A DNA stretch of 64,000 nt from Candidatus Binatia bacterium (GCA_038245295.1 JBBRSP010000008.1:96001-160000); one strand, 5' to 3'; shown: positions 22,913 to 32,951, numbered from the stretch's first letter. Notes: a model not told the origin generated them from the sequence alone. Translations and numbers: made by a program.

Positions 22913-25714
22913 ATGAGAGATTCCGAGCAACCGCAATCCGCCGCCGCCGCCATCGAGGCGCTGCGCGCTAGTGAAGAGCTAAAGACTCGCATCATCGAGA
23001 GCAGCCGCGACTGTATCAAGGTGCTGGATCTGGAAGGTCGTCTGCTTTCCATGAATGCAGGCGGCATGGCCACACTCGAGATCTGCGACCTCGGCCCTTT
23101 CCTGAACACTTTCTGGGTCGACTTCTGGCAGGGCGAGGATCGGCGGCGGGCCCAGGACGCCGTCGATTCGGCGCGCGCCGGCGGTACCGGGCGGTTTGTC
23201 GGATTCTTCGCGACGGTGGAGAAGCATACGTCGCTTTGGTTCGACGTCGTCGTGACACCGCTGCGCGACTCGAGTGGTCGCCCCGAGCGGTTGCTGGCAT
23301 CGTCACGGGATATTACCGCGATCAAGTTGGCCGAGGAGGGCCTGCGGCGCTCCCAGGAAGAGCTCGAACAGAAGGTTGCGGATCGCACGGCGGCGCTGCA
23401 GCGCGAGGTGCAAGATCGTCTGGAAGGCGAGGCGGCCCTGCGCGCCGTGGTTCAAGGCGTCGAATCGGAGACCGGATCCTCCTTCTTCGCCTCGCTAGTG
23501 CGGCACCTGGCGGCGGCCTTGCGTGTGCCGTACGTCTTCGTCTCGGAGCTTTTAATTCAAAAGGGAACCTTCCACTCGCGCGCCGTATGGGGCCGCGGCA
23601 CCTGGCTGAACAACTTCGAAGTACCGTTGCGTGGCACCCCCTGTGAGTCGGTCCTGGCGGGCGAGACATCGCATTTCCCGGACTCGCTGCAGCGTCGCTT
23701 CCCAAAGGATTTAGGGCTCGTTACCTGGGGAGTGGAGAGCTACTGCGGCGTGCCGCTCATCAACCGCAGCGGCACGGTCACCGGCCACATCGCGGTCTTC
23801 GACGATAAGCCGATGTTGGATGCGAGCCGGACCATCGCCATCCTACGCATCTTTGCGGCGCGGGCTCAGGCCGAGGTGGAACGCATCGTTGCCGAGGAAG
23901 CGCTGGGCGTCAGTGAGGCAAGCTACCGCGACCTCTACGATGAAGCGCCGATCGCCTATATGTCGGTCGGCACCGACGGGAGGATCCGACGCGCCAATCG
24001 CTGCGCCGCCGAGATGTTCGGTTATCCGCTCGAGCAGCTAATCGGTTCGATGGCCTTGAACCTCCCGGCAGATACGCCGTTCGGTAAGCCGCGTTCGCGT
24101 ACCGCCTTCGAACGCTTTCTGAAGGGTCTCGACACCATCGACGAGGAGATCGAGTGCCGCCGTTCCAACGGCGAGCCGCTGTGGGTGCGTTTATCGGTGA
24201 GCCCGATGCGCGATGCCGAAGGTCGTATCGAGGCGACACGCTCGATGCTCGTCAATATCACCGACCGCAAGCGCGCCGAGGCGGCGCTGGCAGAGAGCGA
24301 AGAGCGTCTGTCCCAAGTGATCGATTCGGCGATGGATGCCATCGTGACGATCGATGCCGAGCGCCGCATCGTACTATTCAATGATGCTGCCGAGAAGGTT
24401 TTCCGCTGCCCCGCGAACGTTGCGATTGGTGCAACGCTCGATCGCTTTCTGACGAGCGGCTTTCAGCGCGCCCTGCAGAAGTCGTTGAGCGCCTTCGACA
24501 TTGCGGGACCGACAAGACCCTATGTCTGGGCCCCCGATGGAGTGGCGGCGCGGCGCGCCGATGGCGAGGAGTTTCCTGTCGAGGCAACGTTGTCGTTCGT
24601 CGAAGTCGGCGGCCGAAGGCTCTACACGCTCATCTTACGCGATATCGATGAGCGACGGCGCGCCGAAGAGGGTCTCCGACAGCTGTCGCTGCAGAACGAG
24701 TACCTACAAGAGGAGATTCGTGCCGCGCACAGTGCCGACGAGATCGTCGGCAGCCAACGCGGTATGCGCGACGTGTTGGAAAAGGTCGCGCTGGTGGCGC
24801 CGACGGATTCGTCGGTTTTGATTCTGGGCGAGACCGGCACTGGCAAAGAAGTTGTCGCGCGAGCGATACATTCAAGCGGCAAACGCGCCGCGCGGCCGCT
24901 GATCAAGGTGAACTGCGCCGCCTTGCCGAGCGGCCTGATCGAGAGCGAGCTGTTCGGGCACGAGAAAGGCGCGTTCACGGGCGCCACCGATCGCCGCATC
25001 GGGCGCTTCGAGCTTGCCGATCGGGGGACAATCTTCCTGGATGAGGTCGGGGAGTTGCCGCTCGACGTGCAAGTGAAGCTGCTGCGCGTCTTGCAAGAGC
25101 AGGAGTTCGAACGTGTCGGTGGCAGCAAGACGATCGCCGTCGATGTGCGCGTGATTGCCGCCACCAACCGGGATCTTGCCGGGGCGATCGCCGACGGTAG
25201 CTTCCGCACCGATCTCTACTATCGCTTGAACGTGTTTCCCATCAGCCTGCCGCCATTGCGTCAGCGTGGCGAGGACATCCCGCTTCTGGTGCACTATTTC
25301 GCCGAGCGCTTTGCGGCTCGCATGGGGCGCCGCACGCTGCGCATCCACGCCGAAGACATGGCGCGACTGGTGAACTATTCGTGGCCGGGGAACGTGCGCG
25401 AGCTGGAGAACGTGATCGAACGCGCCATCATCTTGTCGACCGGGCCAGAGTTCCGGGTGCCACCGGCGATGCTCGCCGCACCGGTGCCAGCACCGGCGGC
25501 GGCCAAAGCCGCAATGCCTCCTGTCGCACCCAGTCCAGCCACCGCAGTCGCTCCCGGGTCCCTGGTCGATGTCGAACGCGAGCATATTCTTACCGTCCTG
25601 CAGCAAACCAACTGGCGCATCGATGGCCCGCGCGGGGCGGCGACAATCCTCAACCTCAATCCCAGCACGCTCCGCAGCCGCCTGAAGAAGCTAGCCATTC
25701 AGCGCGATCGCTAG
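22913..25714 (+). CDS. sigma54 enhancer-binding protein, PAS-GAF-PAS-PAS-AAA+-HTH (FhlA-like)
   Basis: GETGTGKE, ESELFGHEKGAFTGA, FLDEVGE, WPGNVRELEN, C-terminal HTH; no receiver domain. Confidence 0.93.
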   Translation: MRDSEQPQSAAAAIEALRASEELKTRIIESSRDCIKVLDLEGRLLSMNAGGMATLEICDLGPFLNTFWVDFWQGEDRRRAQDAVDSARAGGTGRFVGFFATVEKHTSLWFDVVVTPLRDSSGRPERLLASSRDITAIKLAEEGLRRSQEELEQKVADRTAALQREVQDRLEGEAALRAVVQGVESETGSSFFASLVRHLAAALRVPYVFVSELLIQKGTFHSRAVWGRGTWLNNFEVPLRGTPCESVLAGETSHFPDSLQRRFPKDLGLVTWGVESYCGVPLINRSGTVTGHIAVFDDKPMLDASRTIAILRIFAARAQAEVERIVAEEALGVSEASYRDLYDEAPIAYMSVGTDGRIRRANRCAAEMFGYPLEQLIGSMALNLPADTPFGKPRSRTAFERFLKGLDTIDEEIECRRSNGEPLWVRLSVSPMRDAEGRIEATRSMLVNITDRKRAEAALAESEERLSQVIDSAMDAIVTIDAERRIVLFNDAAEKVFRCPANVAIGATLDRFLTSGFQRALQKSLSAFDIAGPTRPYVWAPDGVAARRADGEEFPVEATLSFVEVGGRRLYTLILRDIDERRRAEEGLRQLSLQNEYLQEEIRAAHSADEIVGSQRGMRDVLEKVALVAPTDSSVLILGETGTGKEVVARAIHSSGKRAARPLIKVNCAALPSGLIESELFGHEKGAFTGATDRRIGRFELADRGTIFLDEVGELPLDVQVKLLRVLQEQEFERVGGSKTIAVDVRVIAATNRDLAGAIADGSFRTDLYYRLNVFPISLPPLRQRGEDIPLLVHYFAERFAARMGRRTLRIHAEDMARLVNYSWPGNVRELENVIERAIILSTGPEFRVPPAMLAAPVPAPAAAKAAMPPVAPSPATAVAPGSLVDVEREHILTVLQQTNWRIDGPRGAATILNLNPSTLRSRLKKLAIQRDR

Positions 25715-25792
25715 TGCTGCCCGTCGTTGCCCGGCGACGCTGATCCGCCTTCGCGAACTGGGCGCTTCACGAACCGCCCCCCACGAGCCCTT

Positions 25793-25848
25793 CACGTACC
25801 TCGCGGAAATCCGCGACATACCCACGGAGGATCCGCGATATTTCGCGG
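25793..25848. promoter_or_regulatory. Candidate activator (UAS) palindromes
   Basis: CCGCGA-TATT-TCGCGG (25833-25848) with degenerate neighbours (TCGCGG at 25801, CCGCGA at 25811). Confidence 0.5.
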
Positions 25849-25909
25849 CTCGCCTCGCTGGTTTCCGCGATGCGTCCCAAAGTCCCTCACCGATGCAGAG
25901 GTCCCGAGT

Positions 25910-25925
25910 TGGCACGGCAGTTGGA
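25910..25925 (+). promoter_or_regulatory. sigma54-like promoter of STAS-ECF
   Basis: TGGCAC-GGCAG-TTGGA; perfect -24 box, -12 is GG instead of GC. Confidence 0.65.
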
Positions 25926-25951
25926 ATAGTCAGCTGTCAACAAGGAACGTC

Positions 25952-26227
25952 ATGCTGCGAATCACAGTTACAGAGGTCGACGAGCGGTCCAAGCAGATCA
26001 AGCTCGAGGGCCGGATCATGGATGTGTCGGTGCAGGAACTGGAACGACTCTACTCCGGGCTGCGCGAGCAGACCCATGGACAAGATCTGATTCTGGATCT
26101 CGCCGGCGTGTCGTTTGTGGATGACGCGGGCATCACCTTGCTGCGCCGGTTGCGGTTGCAACGAGTGATGCTCCAACACTGCTCGCCCTTTGTGGTCGAG
26201 CTGCTCAAGGAGGCCCCCCAATGTTGA
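25952..26227 (+). CDS. Small STAS-domain protein
   Basis: MLRIT..IKLEGRI..LILDLAGVSFVDDAGITLL..SPFVVELL, 91 aa. Confidence 0.85.
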   Translation: MLRITVTEVDERSKQIKLEGRIMDVSVQELERLYSGLREQTHGQDLILDLAGVSFVDDAGITLLRRLRLQRVMLQHCSPFVVELLKEAPQC

Positions 26228-26892
26228 CGATTGCTGCCAGGACGGGAATCGAGGCTCTGCCGCTCCCGATGATGGCGATGCCATGGCGTGAGCCCTTGCT
26301 CGACGGCAGTTCGTCCGAGCGCGATCTGGTCGGACGCCTGCGGCGCGGCGATGGCGACGCCTACGAAGCGCTGGTGCGTGAGCACGGCACGGCGATGCTG
26401 GCTGTCGCGCGGCGCATGTTGCGCCACGAGGACAACGCGCGCGACGTCGTCCAAGACGCGTTCTTGCAAGCTTTCCGTGCAATCGATCAGTTCCGCGAGG
26501 ATGCCCGCCTGTCAACCTGGCTGCACCGGATCGTCGTCAATGCGGCTCTGATGCGCCTGCGCTCGGCCAGCCGCCGACCCGAGACGCCGCTCGCCGATCT
26601 GCTGCCGCGGTTCGACGAAGAAGGCGGCCATGCGGAGCCGGTCGGCTCGCTGCCGACTGGCATCGATGCGGCCCTGGAGAATGCCGAAACGCGCCATCGG
26701 GTGCGCCGCTGTGTGGCGCAATTGCCGGAGCAATACCGCGCCGTAATCATCCTGCGTGACTTCGAGGAGCTGAGCACCGCCGAAGCGGCCACCGCCCTCG
26801 GTATCACCGAGAATGCCGTCAAGATCCGTTTGCATCGGGCCCATCAGGCGTTACGCACTCTTCTGGTTAGCCAGCTGGCCGACGCGCAGTAG
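26221..26892 (+). CDS. ECF RNA polymerase sigma factor
   Basis: DVVQDAFLQAF, STWLHRIVVN, LPEQYRAVIILRD, AVKIRLHRA; AAGGAGG SD, overlaps the STAS stop. Confidence 0.93.
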   Translation: MLTIAARTGIEALPLPMMAMPWREPLLDGSSSERDLVGRLRRGDGDAYEALVREHGTAMLAVARRMLRHEDNARDVVQDAFLQAFRAIDQFREDARLSTWLHRIVVNAALMRLRSASRRPETPLADLLPRFDEEGGHAEPVGSLPTGIDAALENAETRHRVRRCVAQLPEQYRAVIILRDFEELSTAEAATALGITENAVKIRLHRAHQALRTLLVSQLADAQ

Positions 26893-26971
26893 CGGCGGCG
26901 GAAGTCGATTCATGGGCCTCACGGCGCACCATAGCCTCCTGCTCCCGGTGTTTGCCCGCAGCGGGTGTGTT

Positions 26972-26999
26972 GAAACCCAATCTGGACGAGCGCATCCAA
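26972..26999 (+). promoter_or_regulatory. Putative ECF promoter of gdh-VOC-anti-sigma (leaderless)
   Basis: GAAAC-N16-CATCCAA ending 6 nt before ATG 27006; no SD. Confidence 0.65.
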
Positions 27000-27005
27000 T
27001 TGGGC

Positions 27006-28115
27006 ATGAAAGCCATTGCCGTCTTCCCCGCCAAACGAGACGTCGAACTGATTGACGAACCCGAGCCGCAGATTGCGACTCCATCCGACGTTAAGCTGCG
27101 CATGCTGGAAGTTGGGGTCTGCGGTACCGACCGCGAGATCTGCTCCTTCGAATACGGCACCCCGCCACCCGGGTCGGAACATCTGGTCATCGGCCATGAG
27201 TCGATCGGCGAAGTGGTCGAGATCGGTAGCGCCGTATCGCGCGTCAAGGTGGGTGATCTCGTCATCCCGATGGTGCGCCGGCCGTGTCCGCACGCCTACT
27301 GCCGCGCCTGTCGCGAGGGGCGTCAGGACTTCTGCTTCACCGGCGACTTCAGCGAACGCGGCATCAAGGAACGTCACGGATTCATGACCGAGCTGGTGGT
27401 CGATGACGAACAATACATGAACATCGTGCCGTCTTCGTTGCGTGACGTGGCGATTCTGGTCGAGCCGTTGACGATTGCCGAGAAGGGCATCAGCGAAATC
27501 TGGCAGGTGCAACAGCGTCTACCGTGGTTGGCGGCGCGCGACGGCGAGCCCGATGGAACCGGGCACAATGCCGTGGTTCTTGGTGCCGGGCCGGTTGGAC
27601 TCCTCGGTGCGATGGCGCTGGTTACCCGCGGGTTCACTACCTACGTCTATTCCCGCGAGGCGACGCCGAATCCCAAGGCGGATCTGGTGACGTCGATCGG
27701 CGCAACCTACGTGTCTGCCAGCACCGACACACTCGACGATCTCGTCATGCGCGTTGGCAACATCGATGTTGTCTACGAAGCCAGCGGCGCCTCGAAGGCC
27801 TCCTTCGATCTCATGAAGGGGCTGGGCACCAACGGCATCTTTGTCTTCACGGGTGTGCCGGGACGCAAAGGGCCCATGGAGATCGACACGGATTCGATCA
27901 TGCGCAATCTGGTGCTGCGCAATCAGGTTGTTTTCGGCACCGTGAACGCCAACCGCCCGGCGTTCGAAGCGGCCATCGCCGATCTCGAGGTATTCCGTCG
28001 GAGATTCCCGACGGCATTGTCGGCCCTGATTACCGGCCGTTTCGCCATGGACGACTATCGCTCTCTATTGCTCGGCAATGCGACGGGGATCAAGAATGTC
28101 ATCGCCATCGGTTAG
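27006..28115 (+). CDS. Zn-dependent glucose 1-dehydrogenase (MDR family, archaeal-type)
   Basis: GVCGTDREI, GHES, VRRPCPHAYCRAC..QDFC, ERGI..HGF, GAGPVG, GTVNA. Confidence 0.85.
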   Translation: MKAIAVFPAKRDVELIDEPEPQIATPSDVKLRMLEVGVCGTDREICSFEYGTPPPGSEHLVIGHESIGEVVEIGSAVSRVKVGDLVIPMVRRPCPHAYCRACREGRQDFCFTGDFSERGIKERHGFMTELVVDDEQYMNIVPSSLRDVAILVEPLTIAEKGISEIWQVQQRLPWLAARDGEPDGTGHNAVVLGAGPVGLLGAMALVTRGFTTYVYSREATPNPKADLVTSIGATYVSASTDTLDDLVMRVGNIDVVYEASGASKASFDLMKGLGTNGIFVFTGVPGRKGPMEIDTDSIMRNLVLRNQVVFGTVNANRPAFEAAIADLEVFRRRFPTALSALITGRFAMDDYRSLLLGNATGIKNVIAIG

Positions 28116-28149
28116 AAGGCCCCCTGGGCCGAACCCGCTCACGCAGGAA

Positions 28150-29181
28150 ATGCGAAAGCCGGCGTTTAGAGCACCAAGCCTGGTCCTGCGCTGTGCGATC
28201 TTCCTGGCCGTCGGGTGTCTGTGGGCGGTGACCACGCGCGCGGCGCCGATCAATGGCGTCGACAGTGTCGCCATTACCGTCGCCGATGTGGATCACTCGA
28301 CCGACTTCTTCACCCAGGTCCTCAGCTTCGAAAAGATCTCCGACGTCGAGGTGAGCAGCGAACAATACGAACATCTCGAGGGTGTGTTCGGCCTGCGCAT
28401 ACGTGTCGTGCGTCTACGTCTGGGTGAGGAAGCGGTCGAACTGGTTCAGTACCTGGCGCCACAGGGTCGCCCGTTGCCGGCGGATTCGCGCAGCAACGAC
28501 CGCTGGTTTCAACACGTCGCAATTGTCGTCGACGACATGGACCGGGCGTATCAAACCCTGCGCGCGCACAACGTGGCGCATGCGTCTTCCGGGCCGCAGA
28601 CACTGCCGGCATGGAATAGGAACGCCGCGGGCATTCGTGCCTTCTACTTCAAAGACCCGGACGGGCACGCGCTCGAGGTCATCCAGTTTCCGGAAGGTAA
28701 GGGTTTGTCGAAGTGGCATCAGCCGTCGCCGAGGCTGTTCCGCGGCATTGATCATACGGCGATTGTGGTCGGTGACACCGACACCAGCCTGAGGTTCTAC
28801 CGCGATACCCTCGGAATGAAGGTTGTTGGGGAAAGCGAAAATTACGGATCCGAACAGGAACACCTGAACAACGTGTTCGGGGCTCGCTTGCGCATCACCA
28901 GCTTGCGCTGCGAACACGGGCCAGGTGTCGAACTGCTGGAGTACCTGGCGCCGCGCGATGGGCGTATGACGCCGGCCGATGTGCAAGCGAACGATCTCAT
29001 GCATTGGCAAACACGATTGTCGACGGCGGATGTCGAGGCGTTGGCGCGCACGTTCCGCGAGCGCCGCGTCCGTTTTGTCTCGCCCGGCGTGACGCACTTG
29101 CCCGAAAGGGAATTTGGCTTTGATGCCGCTCTACTCGTGAGGGATCCCGATGGGCATGCGATGCAATTCGTTGACGAATAG
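28150..29181 (+). CDS. Two-domain VOC/glyoxalase family protein with N-terminal signal peptide
   Basis: SRSNDRWFQHVAIVV, YFKDPDGHALEV, GIDHTAIVV, RDPDGHAM. Confidence 0.88.
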   Translation: MRKPAFRAPSLVLRCAIFLAVGCLWAVTTRAAPINGVDSVAITVADVDHSTDFFTQVLSFEKISDVEVSSEQYEHLEGVFGLRIRVVRLRLGEEAVELVQYLAPQGRPLPADSRSNDRWFQHVAIVVDDMDRAYQTLRAHNVAHASSGPQTLPAWNRNAAGIRAFYFKDPDGHALEVIQFPEGKGLSKWHQPSPRLFRGIDHTAIVVGDTDTSLRFYRDTLGMKVVGESENYGSEQEHLNNVFGARLRITSLRCEHGPGVELLEYLAPRDGRMTPADVQANDLMHWQTRLSTADVEALARTFRERRVRFVSPGVTHLPEREFGFDAALLVRDPDGHAMQFVDE

Positions 29182-29245
29182 TTCGCGACTTGCGGTGTGG
29201 CCGATTGACACAATCGCCGCGTCTGCGGCATCGGAGGCGCTACCG

Positions 29246-29494
29246 ATGACGTGTGAAGAGTTCAGCGAGTTTATCGTCGCGTACCGCGACGATGAGCTTG
29301 GCGCCGGCGAGCGCCGCGATTTCGAGGCGCACCTCGCTGTGTGCCCCGAGTGTGTCGAGTACCTGCGCGGTTACGAGGAGACGGTGCGCCTGGGCAAAGC
29401 CGTGATGGGTCGCCGCGACGAGGCTGTTCCGGACGACATGCCTGAAGCGCTGGTGCAGGCGATCTTACGGGCACGGCGCCAGCGTCGTGACTAG
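29246..29494 (+). CDS. Soluble zf-HC2 (ZAS) anti-sigma factor
   Basis: MTCEE...FEAHLAVCPECVEY (HxxxCxxC), 82 aa, no TM; GGAGG SD. Confidence 0.88.
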   Translation: MTCEEFSEFIVAYRDDELGAGERRDFEAHLAVCPECVEYLRGYEETVRLGKAVMGRRDEAVPDDMPEALVQAILRARRQRRD

Positions 29495-29544
29495 TCGTCC
29501 GGGGCGAGGAGCGCGGTCCGGAACCGAAAGCGTGTGAACGAGCT

Positions 29545-30690
29545 CTATTTCGCGTAATCGCAGGTGAAGAGACACTCGGTGAAACGGTCGACGGTTTCTC
29601 GATGCTCTCTGGGGCCGTAACTTCGATAGCCGAGCAGGTGCATGACGCTATTGCCGTCGAAGAGCGCATAGAGAATCAGCAGCATCAGCGCACCGCGGCG
29701 CAGCGGCGGCAGAGCCAAGACAAACGCGGGCATGGCAATCACGTACCAGAATTGCCCCCAGTTGAGTGATTTCAGCAGGATCGTGAACGCTGCGAGAGGC
29801 GAGGTCTTGATCGCGTCCGCCGGTCGCGCGGAGCGCCGAACCATCAAGAGGACGGTAACCCCAAGGGTCAGGTACGACGACAGCCCGTCCCAGGTGGTCA
29901 ACCAATTGGGATTCCAAGTCGCGTGCGACCTCGTCCAGACGTCCCAGTGATAGGGATTGTACATGAGGGTTTGATTCTTGACGGCCGCGAACCACAGGAG
30001 CGGCGCCTCGTAGTAGAACGGCAGGAATGGCAACGAGCCGAGGACGACGCCGCCGGCGAATCGAAGGAGCGGTAGGGATCGCGAAGTTCCGCGCGCCGTC
30101 TCAATAAGCTGGGCGGCGAAAAACGGCACCAACAAGATGGCGAACTGCTTCGTGTGAAGGGCGAGCGCCCAGAGCACGCCGGCGAGTAGCCAATTCTCCT
30201 TTCGCGCCAAGACGATCGCGGCGATGAGCAATACACAGAGCAACGGTTCGAACTGGCCTTCGTGAGATCCATTCCAAACGGTAACGGGTGCGGCGAACAC
30301 CAGGAAGCCTGCGAACCAGCCGTATTCCTTCTTGATGAAATACGCCGAAACGAGATCGCAAATCGTAAACACGGCCTTTACCCAGAACAGCCCAAGGCCG
30401 AGTCCGCTGAAGACGGAAAAAAACAGTAAGACGAACGGCGGATAGATGTACCCTTGCTGAGACCAGAAATTGGTCCAGAACTGCGGCGCGAAATCAGCGG
30501 CGATGGTGCTGTAAATCCCGGGACCCAATGACCAGACCTGCTTGCAGTATCCGAGATGCCGATAGAGATCCGAAGTCTCCGTCGGCGCCTGGGTGCAAAG
30601 CCAGAACCGCCAGATTCCCACCGCAAGAAATGCGGTAAACCAAAAGCGGCCCGTCCAAATCGGAGACGATGATCGAAGCGACGCGTTCAT
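29545..30690 (-). CDS. GT-C fold (GT87-like) membrane glycosyltransferase
   Basis: TSDLYRH, YIYPP, EGQFEP, TKQF, QFWY; many TM helices. Confidence 0.7.
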   Translation of the reverse strand: MNASLRSSSPIWTGRFWFTAFLAVGIWRFWLCTQAPTETSDLYRHLGYCKQVWSLGPGIYSTIAADFAPQFWTNFWSQQGYIYPPFVLLFFSVFSGLGLGLFWVKAVFTICDLVSAYFIKKEYGWFAGFLVFAAPVTVWNGSHEGQFEPLLCVLLIAAIVLARKENWLLAGVLWALALHTKQFAILLVPFFAAQLIETARGTSRSLPLLRFAGGVVLGSLPFLPFYYEAPLLWFAAVKNQTLMYNPYHWDVWTRSHATWNPNWLTTWDGLSSYLTLGVTVLLMVRRSARPADAIKTSPLAAFTILLKSLNWGQFWYVIAMPAFVLALPPLRRGALMLLILYALFDGNSVMHLLGYRSYGPREHRETVDRFTECLFTCDYAK

Positions 30691-30778
30691 GCAGAGAAGC
30701 GATCGGACTCCTTGACGCTGGGAATCATACCAACACCTATACGGCTCATCGCATACTTCGAGTCGCCCCGCACCACGG

Positions 30779-32944
30779 ATGGGGGGATGCCGCGAGGCGA
30801 GGCGAGGCGTATGCGACCTATTGACTCCAGGCTCCGTCCGTTGTTTGGGTTGCCGCGTGAGGGGATGGGTTGGCCTTGCACCTCTGGCCCTTGCCCCTTT
30901 GTTGGTTGTGGGGCTCGCCAGTGGACAGACCCACATAAAGCCCGAACCCTGGGTGGCTGTGGCGACAGCAGCCCTGTTCGTGGCCTATACGGCAACGATA
31001 CGAGACTCTCTCGCTGTACCGCGCGCCCGCGATTTGGCCGCCGCGGTTGTCATCGCCCTTGCCGCGAGTCATCTGTTCTTCTTTTCAGGCTTTCCGATCG
31101 GACACGATACCCCGCATCATCTGTGGGGCATATGGGCCGTATTCAAGGCGCTTCGCCAGGGTGATCTCTATCCTCAGTGGCTGCATCATCTCGGCATGGG
31201 TATGCCACTCCTGCGGTTCTATCCGCCCGGCAGCTTTCTGCTGATTTATCCGCTGGCGCTGTTGCCGCTGCCCGTCGCGGTGACATTGAAGGGCGCCTTT
31301 CTTTTCTATGCGTGTATGGCGAGTTGCACCATGTACTACACGACGGTTCGCTGGACGCAGGATCGCCGGGCCGCCCTCGTCGCCGCGCTGGCCTATGTTT
31401 GGGCCCCCTATGCGTTGCTCGATTCGCACTACCGGATAGCTTTGGCGGAGAGTGCGGCGCTGATCTGGTTTCCTTTGGTGTTTGGCGCCGTGGAGCGGCT
31501 TGCGCATGAGTCAGGCCGCCGCATCGTACTGTGTGCGGCGGTCAGTTTTGCGTTGTTGTTGATCACGCATCCCATTTCGGCGGTGATCGCCTGTTCCGGT
31601 GCCGCCGTGTGGCTGACGGTGGCATGGTGGCCACTGTCGTGCGGGTTTGGGGTTTGGCTGGCCAAGTTGAGTCGGCTGCTGGCGGCGCTGGCGATTGGCC
31701 TCCTGCTCTCGGCCTTCTACCTGCTGCCCCTGCTGAGCGAAGCGCGCTACACGAGCCTGGCGCGCGGAGTTGCGCGGCAGGAAGGTCAGCCCCTGTATGC
31801 GGAGTACGGTCTGGTGCCGGCGGATCTGCTGTCGCCGCGCCGCTGGAGCGAGGTCCAGTTCGCGCACTCGACCGCACAGCGGCAGCAGGACGGGGCTGAG
31901 GAAATGCCCCACTATGTGGGATTGGTTCTGCTTGCCCTCATCCCTCTTGCTGCTGGCTGGTTGCATCGTCGTTCGTCGCCCGACGGATACTCCACGGGGC
32001 GTGATTTGCGTCGCAGCCTGGTGGTGGTCACCCTGATGGGTATCCTGCTGCCGCTGCGTCCCTGGGACCGCATCTTCGCCCACGTTCCGTTCATCGCCGC
32101 GCTGCAATATCCGTGGCGATTCCTCTCCCTGGCGACATTCGGTTTGGCCGCCTGCGCCGGCTTCGCGACCCGCGAGCTGTTGAACGCTTCCGCGCGGTTC
32201 TCCGATACAGCCCGCTGGCCGCGCTTGATACCGGGGGGCGTCGCGGCGCTTCTGCTCTGGGATGCGTTTCCGTACAGCGGCGCCGTCGACTGGTCGCCGC
32301 CGTACGAGGGCGTTGCCTTCATGGTGCCGCAAGACGACACGTGTGGCGCGCGGTTCGGGTGCTGGGAGACTCACCCCATCGAAGGTGACTTGCCCCTTCG
32401 TGCGGCAGGCTTGTTGTTGTTACCGCCCGCCGACTACGAGCACGACCTTTCGCGCGTTGGATTTGTCTATCCGGAGCTGTATTCACCGGCGCTTTGGACG
32501 GCGTTCTATGAACCTCACTTTGGCCCTCAGCGTGACGAGGTCCTGCGCCACGCTGGTGTCGGGCTGGTGATCGCCGGTCAGCCGCCCAGTGCTCAAGTGT
32601 TGAAAGCGGATCCTTATGCAGAGCTCCTGAGCGACGGTCATGACCCGATCGCGCTCGGCTTCAATCGGAAGGCGGGTCGCATCTCACTTGCCCTGTCCGG
32701 CGAAGGCGGCCGTGTCGTCGTTCGGGAGCAGTGGTTTCCCGGGTGGATGGTCCGCACGGCCGACGGATTGACGGAGGCAACTCCGACCGCCGCGGGCTTC
32801 TTGCAAGCCTCGGCTCGCGCCGGCCAGACGAGCATGACGTTCGAGTTTTTGCCTCGCTGGCCCGAGGCCACAGGCGAGGCGGTTTCGCTCATTGCCGCCG
32901 GAGTTGCCTGGCTCGCCTTCCGCAAGAATCGCATTCGGGAATGA
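30779..32944 (+). CDS. PTPS-related/YfhO-like GT-C membrane protein
   Basis: GHDTPHH, GMGMPLLRFYPP, ALAYVWAPY, LQYPWRFL, EQWFPGW; start uncertain. Confidence 0.75.
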   Translation: MGGCREARRGVCDLLTPGSVRCLGCRVRGWVGLAPLALAPLLVVGLASGQTHIKPEPWVAVATAALFVAYTATIRDSLAVPRARDLAAAVVIALAASHLFFFSGFPIGHDTPHHLWGIWAVFKALRQGDLYPQWLHHLGMGMPLLRFYPPGSFLLIYPLALLPLPVAVTLKGAFLFYACMASCTMYYTTVRWTQDRRAALVAALAYVWAPYALLDSHYRIALAESAALIWFPLVFGAVERLAHESGRRIVLCAAVSFALLLITHPISAVIACSGAAVWLTVAWWPLSCGFGVWLAKLSRLLAALAIGLLLSAFYLLPLLSEARYTSLARGVARQEGQPLYAEYGLVPADLLSPRRWSEVQFAHSTAQRQQDGAEEMPHYVGLVLLALIPLAAGWLHRRSSPDGYSTGRDLRRSLVVVTLMGILLPLRPWDRIFAHVPFIAALQYPWRFLSLATFGLAACAGFATRELLNASARFSDTARWPRLIPGGVAALLLWDAFPYSGAVDWSPPYEGVAFMVPQDDTCGARFGCWETHPIEGDLPLRAAGLLLLPPADYEHDLSRVGFVYPELYSPALWTAFYEPHFGPQRDEVLRHAGVGLVIAGQPPSAQVLKADPYAELLSDGHDPIALGFNRKAGRISLALSGEGGRVVVREQWFPGWMVRTADGLTEATPTAAGFLQASARAGQTSMTFEFLPRWPEATGEAVSLIAAGVAWLAFRKNRIRE

Positions 32945-32951
32945 TCCGGTG

